From Amoebophrya sp. A120 (lineage: Eukaryota > Protista > Dinoflagellata), in assembly GCA_905178155.1 (NCBI GenBank), contig CAJINV010000019.1:154982-218981 (forward strand): a stretch of 64,000 bases of DNA. Reading direction: 5' to 3'. Under the pieces are notes generated by a model, which saw only the letters and a list, made by a program, of their open reading frames with translations, did not search any database and was not told the origin of the DNA. Shown piece by piece: positions 1-10,800 of this stretch. Position 1 is the stretch's first letter; every line of letters starts with the position of its first letter. Both the position numbers and the translations under genes were made by a program.

Positions 1-230
1 GTACTCGTGCTTGTTTCCCTTCCTCCGACGCCCCTGGCGGCCTTGGTCTGTTGTATGTAGGGCACGCGGTTCGCCCGTGCGCCCGCAGCAGAACCAGGCC
101 GCCCCCGTCCGCTGGCGCCTCCGGGCGCTGGCGGGCGGGCCGGTGAGGGGAACAGAGCTGCGACGTGAGAAGTACTCGCGCTTGTTTCTCTTCCTCCGAC
201 GCACGCCCCTGGCGGCCTTGGTCTGTTGTA
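1..230. repeat. Direct repeat of about 56-59 bp, period 171 bp
   Basis: gtactcg(t/c)gcttgtttc(c/t)cttcctccgacg..cccctggcggccttggtctgttgtat occurs at 1-56 and 172-230. Confidence 0.85.
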
Positions 231-1689
231 TTTAAGAAGAGCCCCGCAGTGAAATGAATGGGCACGGCCGACAAGTGAACACGAAGACACTATCGCCGCC
301 GTTCCATCGCGCACGTACTCCACTAGCGCAAGGCCCAGCCCCACTCCTGGCCTGTGAAGTGTTTGCTTAAATGTGCGACGATTGCAACATCTGGAAAGAT
401 CAGTGCCCAGCTTCTTCGAAAAAGCTCTTCCTGAACGCAAAGACTTTCCGTGTCTGGGTCTGTGTCTATTCTTTTGATTCGAAAGCAAAACGATGAAGCT
501 CACCACACCGAAACGCGCTGACGTTTTCGCGTGAATTTCTTATCTTTGTTCGCGAAAAGCAAAAGAAATAGAGAAGAGGAGGACGATGGTGATCCGCAAG
601 AGAACGGACGTCAAGGCGATCAAGTATGAAGCGACGCCGATGCAAGTAGATTGATTTACTTTCCGACTCTTCGCGAGTATTCTCGTTGACGTAATTGCTA
701 AAAGGCCCACGGCTAGACACTTGCTCCGCGTATTCTCTTGGGCACAATAATGCAGGAAAATTACAAAAGAAAGAGAAGCAGCACTATGCAGCTTCGCGAG
801 ACGTACGCTCCGCGAAAAATGAAAAATCCGCACCGTTGCAGTTCCGTGAGAATCGCTCTGCTTTACTCTTTCAAAAAAGCGCGACTATTGTGGGCGAAGT
901 TTCGCCGAAGATCTCCGCGAAGTAGTAGTGATCAAGAAGAATCTGAAGAATAAAGAAAAATAAATAAGATCAGGCGCCTGCTATCTAGAATCGCAATAGC
1001 ATGCAGCCAGCTCATAAAAATCGCACCGCTCAATCATCTCCGCCGTTCTCTCAAAAACCAACTGACATATATGAACAAATCACATCTATACTCGTAGGCA
1101 CTCACAGCAGAGGGCCGGTCCTTTCTAGAGCAAAAACCCTCGCCATTTTCTGCAGCAAACGAACAGGACAAAGAGGAAAACCAATAAAGAAACAGGAGCG
1201 AGCTAGTTCTTTTCAGTATTTAGCAGCCCATGCCCGATAAGCCGCGCCGTTATTTTCGACTTGTAGAGAGTGAAGAAGCATTACAGATTTCATTCATTTC
1301 CGTTTTCTTTCGTCTCTGTGAAATTGGTCGCATCTGAGGAGGTTTCGACTTGCCCCGTATTCCACTACGTCTCTGCAATAAAGACAGACAAGAAAGATGC
1401 CGCGCCCGGGTGCGAAAGCGAAGAAAAGGGCGGCGGCCAAGGATGCCGGCGAGATATGCAATGCGTGCGTGCCTGGGTCTGTGCGGGTTCCAGCTCTGTC
1501 ATGCATGGCCTGCCTGGCCCTTGATGTTTGACGCGCATGACTTTGCATCTTTTGCATTTTCTCCGTTGTTCGTTCGGTGCGGCTTCTTGTAGTCCCCGAC
1601 TCTATTGCGAGCATTTGCAACCAGACAGGCCCAGGCTGCCTTGCTTTTGATATTCGACTATCAAGCGGGACACGAGATACGGGCCGCCG

Positions 1690-4037
1690 AAAAAGGGCCC
1701 GCGAAGCGGCAAGGGGGACCAAGCAGGGAGCTCGTCTGAAGGTATCCAGCGGCAGCCTCCTCCGCCAGCCTCGGCAGCCGCCGCAACAGCCACCGCAGCA
1801 ACCACCGCAGCAGCCACCGGAACAGTTTCGAAGAGCGCGCCCCAAGGTATTTGCTTAAATATGTAGCCGCCTGCCCCTCGGTGGGTTGCTTGTTTGTATG
1901 AATTCGCTCGCGGTCCGACGCTGTGTTTTGTGCGTGTGCCCATGTAAAGCCTTAAGACAAGAGGCCCTACGTATATGCCTCAGACTATGCTCAGCGTTGA
2001 CGCAAAAGATCCTACGCATACGCCTCGGACGATGTCAGCAAGCCTTTCCATTTCTCGTTATCAGGTAAGCGAAACGCGCCTCCGTCGGAAATGGAGCAGC
2101 CAGACGATGCGGGGCAAATAGGTAGCCAGCGACGGCCGCCTCCGCCAGCCTCGGCACCCGCCGCAGCAGCCACCGCAGCAGCAGCCGAAACAGTCCCGAA
2201 GAGCGCGTCCCAAGGTATCTGCTTGAATGTGTAGCCGCCTGCCCGTCGGTGGGTTGGTTGTGTGTTCGAGTTCGTTAGCGGTCCGTCGCTGTGTTTTGTG
2301 TGTGTCGATGTGAAACGAGCCTTATAACGAAAGACCCTATGCGTATGCCTTTGACTATCCCAAGCGCCTACGCTAAAGATCCTACGCATACGCGATGCCA
2401 AGCTTTTCCCATTTCTCGCTATCAGGTAAGCGCCACGCGCCTCCGTCGGAAGTGGAGCAGGAAGACGATCCGTGGAATACTATTTGCCAGGCGGTTGCAA
2501 TTATCGCGCGCAAAAGTGTCGGAGTCTGGAGGCAAGGAAGTTTGTCATGCTAGCTTCGTTAATATGGCGCCTCCGATTGTTGTGCATATTACCCAAAAGT
2601 CCCGGCGTTCTGATTCTACTGTCGCTCAAATTTACAAGATTCCAGACCCGCACACTTTTGCAATCGATAGAAAAAGAAAAAGGGCCGCAGTTGAACACGG
2701 GGACGGTCATCTTTTGCGCCAAGTGCCAAGGCCAGGGAGATTGGTATAACATTCCGGAGCCCGATCTCTCGCCGCCCCTCCTGGACAGCGACTGGTGGTA
2801 TCCGACCCGGAAGGACACCGAGTGGAGTGGTAAGATCGGGCGGATGAAGTTTGCCTTCCTCCCGAAAGTGGACAGCTTTTACAGGCTCAGCCCCCTCGAC
2901 GACCGTTACGATGGCTGGAGCGAGCGGTTTCTCAAGGAGTTGAAAACCAAGCAGGACGCTGACCGCAGGCAGTTCGGCTCGCAGTGCGCCGTGGTTGTCC
3001 GGTGCGAGGGCGTGGCGCGGGGGAAAGGGCGGGGGCTGTGTGGCGACGACTACACCTGGGTGTCGGGTGTTCCCCTGTTCGCGCGCGGCGGCTGGGAAGA
3101 TGCGGGGGCCCGGGCACATTACTCAACAACCTGGGAGGCGAAGGCCACGTGGCAAAAGGCCGGACAGGTATGCTCGTCGCCGTTTTCGTTTTGTGTTTTA
3201 TTTCCCCTCCTGCATGGTGTTCCTTGCGTTGCAATATGTCGCGCCGCGTTCATGTCTCTGCCTGGCTTCTATCCTTTGGCTTGCGTTTGTGCTATTCCCA
3301 TGCTGTGCATTATCCCGACAGGTTCACACGGACTTTCAGCATGACGAGTTGAGGCGCATCCTCGGGCTCCGAAGTCGTCAGCTGCGGCTCCCCTTGGAGA
3401 AGCAGTGCTATTTCGCGGGGACGGGTCTCGGGTATTGATTTTGTTCGTTTTTTTGTCCTGCATGGAATGGCATAGGCCGGCGGTTGTGGTTCGATTGATA
3501 GTCATGTCTCCGATGCTCTGCGGCAGTCGCGCGCACTTTTTATTTTGCATTCTCGTGCCTGAGAGTTAGTTTTCTCGATGTCATGTGCTATCTATTGCGC
3601 CCAGGTTTCGCGGCCACCAAAAAACTTTGCGGCTGCAGAAGGACGGGCACTGCTTTCGCGCCATGTCGGAGGAAGCCAGACTGGAGGAGCGGCTGGTCGG
3701 CAAGACGACCGCCTTCGAGAAGGAGCAGGCGTTCAAGGAGAGGGAGCTGCGGCACATGGTGAGCTCCTGGGGCACTCTCAGCGAATGCGGTGGCGGCATG
3801 CCCGAGGAACTGCAGCGAGAGATGAGCAGCCTGAACGATGAGCAGTGGAAGCTGGCGAAGGAGATCCGGAAACTGTCGGAGGAGCTCGGACGGCGCAGGT
3901 TCCCGGACTATGAGGATGCCGCAAGCGGGGAGGACGGCAAAAACGACCGAAGTGGCAAAGATGAGGAAGACGAAAACCCGGAGGACTATATAATCAGATG
4001 GCTGGAGCTCGAGGAAAAAATAAGAGCACGCGACTGA
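1690..4037 (+). CDS. Multi-exon hypothetical protein of the element (Ala/Pro-rich repeats, CxxC motif, coiled-coil/acidic C-terminus); start uncertain
   Basis: GC3-rich coding segments within ORFs 2472-3344 and 3585-4037, separated by T-rich GT-AG-like introns. No family recognised. Confidence 0.45.
1741..2461 (+). repeat. Tandem duplication of an approximately 360-380 bp exon+intron module
   Basis: 1741-2101 and 2121-2461 share cctccgccagcctcggca..gcagccaccgcagca..gaagagcgcg.cccaag|gtat and ..tatcag|gtaagcg..cgcgcctccgtcggaa.tggagcag. Confidence 0.85.
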
Positions 4038-4764
4038 TGTGGTTTTTGAGTCTTGATAGGATTACATAGCTGGTTACTTACGTAAGTTGATGGATGGAAT
4101 ACGAAGAGAAAGTGGCGCGGATGTTCACGAATTGAATCCAAGCACTTGACTGAAGTGGTTTTTGAATCGGTTGGATTGGAAGAGCCATGGACTATGGGTT
4201 TGATTGGAAGATCCATTCAGGCGGACACCTGCCGCCGGATTTTTCCGCTTAAATCAGGCTAAAAAATTGCTAAAAGCAAAAGACTAGGCCCCCGGCGGCG
4301 TTTCGTCAGTGCGCGCGCCGGGCCCTGGCTTTGTCCCATGCCTTGCGCCGTGGCCGCGCAGGCATTGGGCCGGCCACCTAGCATCCCCCGGGCTTTGTTT
4401 GCCCTCCCTCTTTCAGTTTTGCTCGTCGGTGGCGTTTGGGTTCTCCCTGTGGGGTTTCTGCGTTCTCATGGCTTGGCCGGGGCGTCGCCAAAGCAGTCCA
4501 GTTCCATCCTTTGGGGCCGCCGCTACGTCCGTTTCATGGCGGATCGCCAGCAGCGGCATTTGCCAGCCGCCCGGAGCAAGGAAAGTGCTCCAAGCAGGAC
4601 AGCGCCTGGGTGAGGCCCGGGGCGACCCTCTTTGGCGGGGGAGACGTCGTCTGGGGTGAAGGTGTTTGTTGTTCTGCTCGGGTTGTTTTCTTGCTTCGGA
4701 CGGCAAGGTTGCGGCTCCTCCGGAAAGGGCCGGAGTTGGGTCCGGAGTTGGTAATTTTCGGCAC

Positions 4765-5001
4765 TGCTAAAATCGGGATTTGGACTGCTAAAACGATTGC
4801 TAATTTGAGTGCTAAAATGCCTGACCCTTGAAAATCGGAACGATTTTCAAGTTTTGGCATTTTAGCACAAAATTAGCAATTTTTTAGCAGACACTTTAGC
4901 ACGGATTTTAGCAGACGAAAACTGCCGCGGCGGGATGTGGTTCCAGGGGATTTAGCAGTGAATTAGCACTGAATTAGCAGACTTTTAGCAGAATTTTAGC
5001 A
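4765..5001. promoter_or_regulatory. Dyad-symmetric iteron array around a hairpin; candidate replication origin or protein-binding array
   Basis: TGCTAA at 4765, 4786, 4798 and 4810. Perfect 11-bp stem CTTGAAAATCG-GAA-CGATTTTCAAG at 4827-4851. TTAGCA at 4862, 4873, 4884, 4896, 4908, 4952, 4963, 4974, 4985 and 4996, spaced 11-12 bp within each block. Confidence 0.6.
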
Positions 5002-6326
5002 GACCGGCCGCCCCCCCAACATCTTGTGAAACGGGGGGAATCGTTGGTGTTGGAGGGGCGATCGCAGGGTCGGGCGTTCGGGAAGGTTCTATGGGAAGAA
5101 CCGCTGCTCAAGTCTGACTGGTCATTCGGGGCGCGAATTGGTGGCGCGCAAGTCCGCCGTCGGGGAGGTGTTTCGGTTTCTCCCGCCCCAGCCCGTCGTC
5201 CTTCCGCCGGCCGGCGCGCTTGCGAGGCCCGCAAGGGGGCCGGCGCGCAAGTAGGCCTGGCCGGGTTTTTCTGAAGGGGCGCCTGCCGTCGCCTCCTTCT
5301 TCCGCCTCGCCTGTCTTCGGGCCCGGGGCAAGGCGGTCGTCTTCCCTTTTTCCCGGTTGTCGCGCGTGCTTCCCGTGTTGCTTTGGGGAAAAAAATTTTT
5401 TAGCACTTTTTCAGCAGCTTTTTAACGAAAAAGCCCGGCGCCCTTTGTCCGCCTGAATCCATTTGGAGGAGTTGCTGGCCATGATAGATAACGCGAACGA
5501 ATGCGATTCCTCGCCATGGACTGAATTAACCCAAGAAGGAACAAAGCCAAAAACTCGCCGCGCTCTGTGTGTTCCGTGCCTGGAAAACAAACCAGGAGCA
5601 GCGTTTTCGTGTTTTTCTCGATCATACAAATGCGCAAAAGACATCGGCTCGAGAAAGTTCGCGGCCTGCACTATTAGACACGCTGGGAAATTAATAGTGG
5701 TCCAAGAAATGCGCTCGCTTTTGAGGCTGTCTGCACTTTGACAGGTGGCAGCTCCAGTGACGAGGCAGGCCAAGAAGCCCTCTCAGACAGTGAGTCACTT
5801 CCAGAGATCCCGCGAGCGGTTTCATTCTCAGAGACTTCACGTCCGTCAGCCAATTCCAGAGATTTCGTCTCTTCATCTTGTAAGAGCCCGCCTCCTTGAA
5901 AATGATGAGGAGAGAGATCCTGCCCGCGGCAACATAACAAGAGAACGATCAAGATCGACGAGCTTCAGAAATTATCTCCCCATCCAGCCGACGGAGATCG
6001 TCCCTAGTAGAGAACGCAATGCCTTGGCGCGGCTGGCCATCTATCAATCTGATTCCCAAAACAAAACAGGAAGAGTGGCGCTGTGTCTGTTTCTCCGTTG
6101 GTTAAGCAAGCGCATTCCATCAGTTCCCTCGCTTATATTATTGCATCCACTGCTATTGTTGCACTATATTGCGCAACCTAAGCTGTCCGGTTATTATCTG
6201 TCTTCATCGCTTTGCTCTGCGTCCGTCTGCATTTCGATAGTTTTTGACTTCTATACTCAGGCCTTCACTTGTATACTCAGACTGATAGCGATTTCTTTCC
6301 TCGCTCGTATTATTTCTATACTCCGA

Positions 6327-7549
6327 ATGGCGCTTTCTGCGAACATGAGCCCGCTCCCCCCATGCGTTGCGAACGCCCTCGCGGAGGCGCAGAAGACAAT
6401 CAAGCCCCGGGGCGACGTCGTGGGAACGCCGGTGCTTGGTAATGGGTTGGGTTTGGCGGATGGGGCGGGGTTCCAGCCGCCGATCTTCCCCGAGCTCATT
6501 TGGGACCCGCGTCAGCGCGTGTGGCGTGCGTGCCCTGTTATCAGGAACGGCGACTGCTGGTATGCCGGGGCGCTCTCCGGTATGTTTTTGGCTAACTCGC
6601 ACCAGCAGAATTTGCGCGCTGGCTAACTTAACATCCATCGGCCGCGCACCGTCAGAATTGGCAACCTAGCTGCGTTTTCGGTGTATGCCTTATATAGATT
6701 CCCTGACTCTTTAGCGCGTGCCATCAGAATTGACAAACTAACTCGCCCAGGTTTGCTGGACCACCCGAAGACCACCGCGAAGCGAACGAGGCGCGAGGTT
6801 TTGGAGACGATCTGGCCCGTGAATTGCTACCAGCAAACACAGGAGCTGATCAACTGGCGGGAGACGCTTCTGGAGGATCCGCACTCCCCTGCCTATGGAT
6901 CCGCACTCCTGGTATTTGAGAGAGCCACCCACTTTTTTCCGGCCGGCCGCTTGTGCCGCAGCTGACTGCTTGCAATAGGTTGCGACCCGAGACAGCCCGT
7001 TGTATATAGTTGCGAGCATTTGCGAGATCTCGACGCTGTTCATTTTTCGGGAGACGTAAAAAAACTAAACCAGGTCGGCGCGGCTGTTCTCCGAGCGCGT
7101 GTGCAGGGTGCTGAGGCGAAAGCGAAGGACTCTGTTGGTAAGCCTTACTTAGCGCGCAGCTGCTTGGGGACCGTTGTGCTTTTTGTTATCTTTGTCCCGC
7201 CTCTAGCTTGCTTTTCAACTGTAGCGATTGGCTGCGTGCATGCTAGTGCAGCGGCCCTGTGTGTGTCGTCCCTCGGCCGGCCTTTAGATTTATTCACTCA
7301 GAAACTTGCTACCTATCAGGTGACAGCGTGATGGAGGCGACGGCAGAGCTACTGCGGATCCGCATCACGATCCTGTACTCCGCGGACGCCGACGATGCGG
7401 AGCGGAATGTGGACCCGCGCGACATCGGTCCGCCCGACGCGCCCGCGGCGCTTCAAATGTGGGCGCACGACTCCCACTTTGACTTGGTCGAGGAGGACGT
7501 GGTGGAGATCGACTATCTTCGGGAAAGCCCCCCGCCCCCTAGGGAGTTT
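6327..7549 (+). CDS. OTU-like cysteine protease domain (spliced); may be the N-terminus of the helicase-polymerase polyprotein
   Basis: Phase-compatible GT-AG exons 6327-6579, 6751-6911, 7074-7137 and 7320-~7549 give PVIRNGDCWYAGALS ... GDSVMEATAELLRIRITILY ... WAHDSHFDLV. This resembles the OTU Cys motif (DGNCLFRALS) and His motif (HYD). Confidence 0.55.
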
Positions 7550-7880
7550 GTTTGTTATGCAGCCCGGCGCCCGTGGGTCTTTGTGATGCAGCTTGCCCGG
7601 GCAGAGCGAGACAGACGCTCCAGACTGATATTGGGCGGGGGGGGTTTCAGCTTCATACCAATTGCACGCAAATTGTTACGCCGGAAGCCGAAGGAACGCA
7701 AATAATTACGCCGGAAGTCGAGGTACTGTCGTAGTAGATTCTTTGAGGCATATTGTCGAGGTATATTCTTTGAGCCAGCTATATATAAGCAGCGCGCATT
7801 CTCTGAGCCAGCTAGAAGCGGCGGGCGTGCTTTGTTTGAGCCAGCTAGTGGCCGAACCTTTTGCCGCAATCACGTCCCAG

Positions 7881-10800
7881 GTTCCGTCCCATTCTCAGAA
7901 AGGAAGCGGAGGCCGCCGGGCTCCGCCCCCGCAGAGAAGCCGCGATCTCCGCCGCAGGCCGCCGAGCGTCATGGTTCTCGACAGCTCCCAGAGCCCGGAC
8001 ATTGATGACCTTAACCACTTTCCACCGCTCGGGCCTGCGAAACAGAGCGCGCCGAAGGGGAGCAGCGTCGCCCGTGGAGGACAGGTAGTTTTGCTGTTGG
8101 GCACGTGTTGCATGTTGTTCGTTAATTGTCAGTCCCTATCTTTTGCGCCCTTAGGTTCTGATAGATCTGCGCCGATTCACTCACTTGGTTTCCCATTTTT
8201 CCACAGGCGCCTCGCCCGGCGCGTTTGTCTCCGCCGAAGCGGAACGACGGGAAGGCGGCCCCGGCTGAGCGACTGGTATCGGTTTTGCTAAAAAGTTAGT
8301 TTGCTGGCTCGGCTAGTTTCCTTGGCTCGTTCTTTTCGTGCAGGCCAACGCCCTTGGGTCTATTACCATGCGCGAATATTCTTAAACAGCTCCCCGCCGA
8401 GGGCAATACCCCCCGCCGGAGCAGGACGCCGCGCAGAAACCCCGCACTGGACCAGGGCTTTCTCCACATCGACTCTCCGCCGCTTGGTCTGTCTCCGTCC
8501 CCGCATGGCGCGCCGCAGGTGCTCCGCGACTACGAAATGGGCGTCGGTGGCTTCGGCCCGGCGGTCCAGGACCCAGACTCCCCGGCCGTTCCCGTCGCAT
8601 CCGCCCCGGCTCCGCCGGGCTATCCTCGGAGCGGCCCCTCGGCACCGCAGGCCAGCAGCTCGGCGCCAGGCGATCATGCTGGCGACTCCCGCCCCGCTGA
8701 TGCCCGGGGCGCTGCTCCGGACCCCCTGCAGCTTCCCGCGGGGCCGCTGCGCGAGTTCCTCACGGCCGCCCCCGACGAAAATGATGCGGCCCTCCTGCCG
8801 CCGAAGCGTCCCGAGCATGTGCAGGAAATGCTGAACAAGATCGACGCGGCACACGCGGACCTGAAGCAGCGCGCGCTGCCCGGGACAGTCGTGGACCAGG
8901 TTTACGCCCGCGTAGTGGTCGTCGCCGACCTCTTGAGTAGCCGCGTCCGCGGAAACGCTGGAGCCTATGAGCCAGACCTGATTCGTGACATCCTCGCGGC
9001 GATGGGTTTGGAGCGGACTTTCCGCGCCGAGCCGGGCGACTTGTTCTCGCGCTATGACCCGACCAAGTCCGGCGCGGCCGGGACGGCGAACTGGTGGAGG
9101 CAGGAGTCGAAGAGCAAGTCCGAGTCTTTGCACACGTATTTCTTTGCGCGGGATTTCGGAAAAATCCACCACGCGGCGGCGTTTCTTCTTCAGAAGGCCT
9201 ATGGCCAGGACGTGCAGCCGAGTTTTGCGGACATTGTCGCCCAGAATTGCTGCGGCTGGAATCTGCGGGCCTTTCTGAAGCACGCCTCGGCGGAAAACGT
9301 AAGAAGCACGATGGGAAAGCAGAAGCTATCAAGTGCAAAAGTGTCTGGGCCCGGAAGGGTGCGGTCTGTCATGCTAAATCTGAAGCATGTGGGAGCCTGC
9401 TTGCCCTGATAGATTACCAAAAGCATTCCAGATGGACTTGCTTCGTTTTCCCTTGCCCTTTCAGGCCCACACGCCTTTGCGTTCGATAGTAAGAATACGG
9501 AAACAACATGACGCAGGGCTTCACGCAGGGCGTAAGCCAGGGCCTGGTCGAGTTGATTGAGTGCCTGAAGAAATGGGAAGAGTCGTACAGAACGGCGGAC
9601 GCGAAGGTCCTGCAATGGTTTGCGATCGACCGGTGGAGAAGGCCGGGGCACGCATTTTCCGACGGTTCGCTCTGCCGGGGCCGCGGCAACAAATTCTGCT
9701 GGATCCCGCGCGTTGACCGGGCCGACGCGGATTTCCGCGATGACTACTTTTACGATGGCTGCCACATGGACCTCCAGCCGGATGCCCCGGCGAACCTGAA
9801 CGAGCTGCGGGCCTTCGAAAAGGAGCTCCGCAAGTATTTCGGCGGCGACCCGCACGTGCTCTGTGTCTTCATCATCGCCGCTGCGATAGTTTTGCTCGGT
9901 GGGGCCCCTAGTCGGTGGCTGTATTGTTACAACGCCAGCGGCTTCGGCAAGACAACTTGGAACGCGTTTCTGGCCTGGGCGATCTCGCCGAAGAATCAGA
10001 CGGAGCACCACGCGTTCTCTGCGGAGTGGCTTAGCAGTTCGGACCTTTTGCGGGCCGCCGCCTGCGACATTGCGCAAGCAAAGGTGACCGTCACGCCTGA
10101 AGTCAGCAAGCCCTTCAACAACCTCTACATCAAAACCGTTGTCGACCCTGTCTGCAAGGTGGAGGCGCGAATGCTTTACAGTGATCCCGTTCAGCTTTGC
10201 CTCGCCTATGCCTTGCGGCTTTTAGAGTCGAACCCTGATGACTGGAAGACGTTGCACCTCAAGGAGCTTCCCTCGGACTTCGTCGCTTATTTCTCGCGCA
10301 TCATCATCCTAGCCAGGCAGTCCGGGGCCTTTACGCGCAACGAGAGGAACGCGAACAAGACCAAGGCAGAGCAGAGCTACATTAGTAAACTGCAAACCGA
10401 GGCCAATCGCAGGCAGCTCATCCGGCTCGTAGTTGCGTACGCGTCGAAATGGGCGGCCTTCAGCGACGTCCCAATCATGGAGATGCTGCACGATCTGAAC
10501 CGTCTCGACCGTCTCCTGGGTGCCCATTTTTTTGCAGACACTGGCAACTTCTGCTACGATGTGCTTCTCAAGGGCCAGCTTTCTCAAGCTGAGCGCGACA
10601 AAGAAGACGTGAAGCTGGTGCTGACGCAGCTCGCAGCGTATAACGCGAACGCGGAAGTCCCTGCTGGTGCAGAGAAAGCGAGCGGAGGGAGTGGCGTGGT
10701 TTCGGGTTGCTCCTGGGGGTGGGAGAAGGACCAGAAGCTCATGGGGAACGACAAGCCCGCGGCGCAGCAAAAGCAAGCCGTTCAGAATCTGGACGCGGAC

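Noticed and set aside
4861-5001. TTAGCA array as an interstitial telomeric repeat
   Set aside because: The hexamers are separated by variable 5-6 bp spacers and arranged around a dyad, not as contiguous TTAGGG/TTTAGGG repeats.
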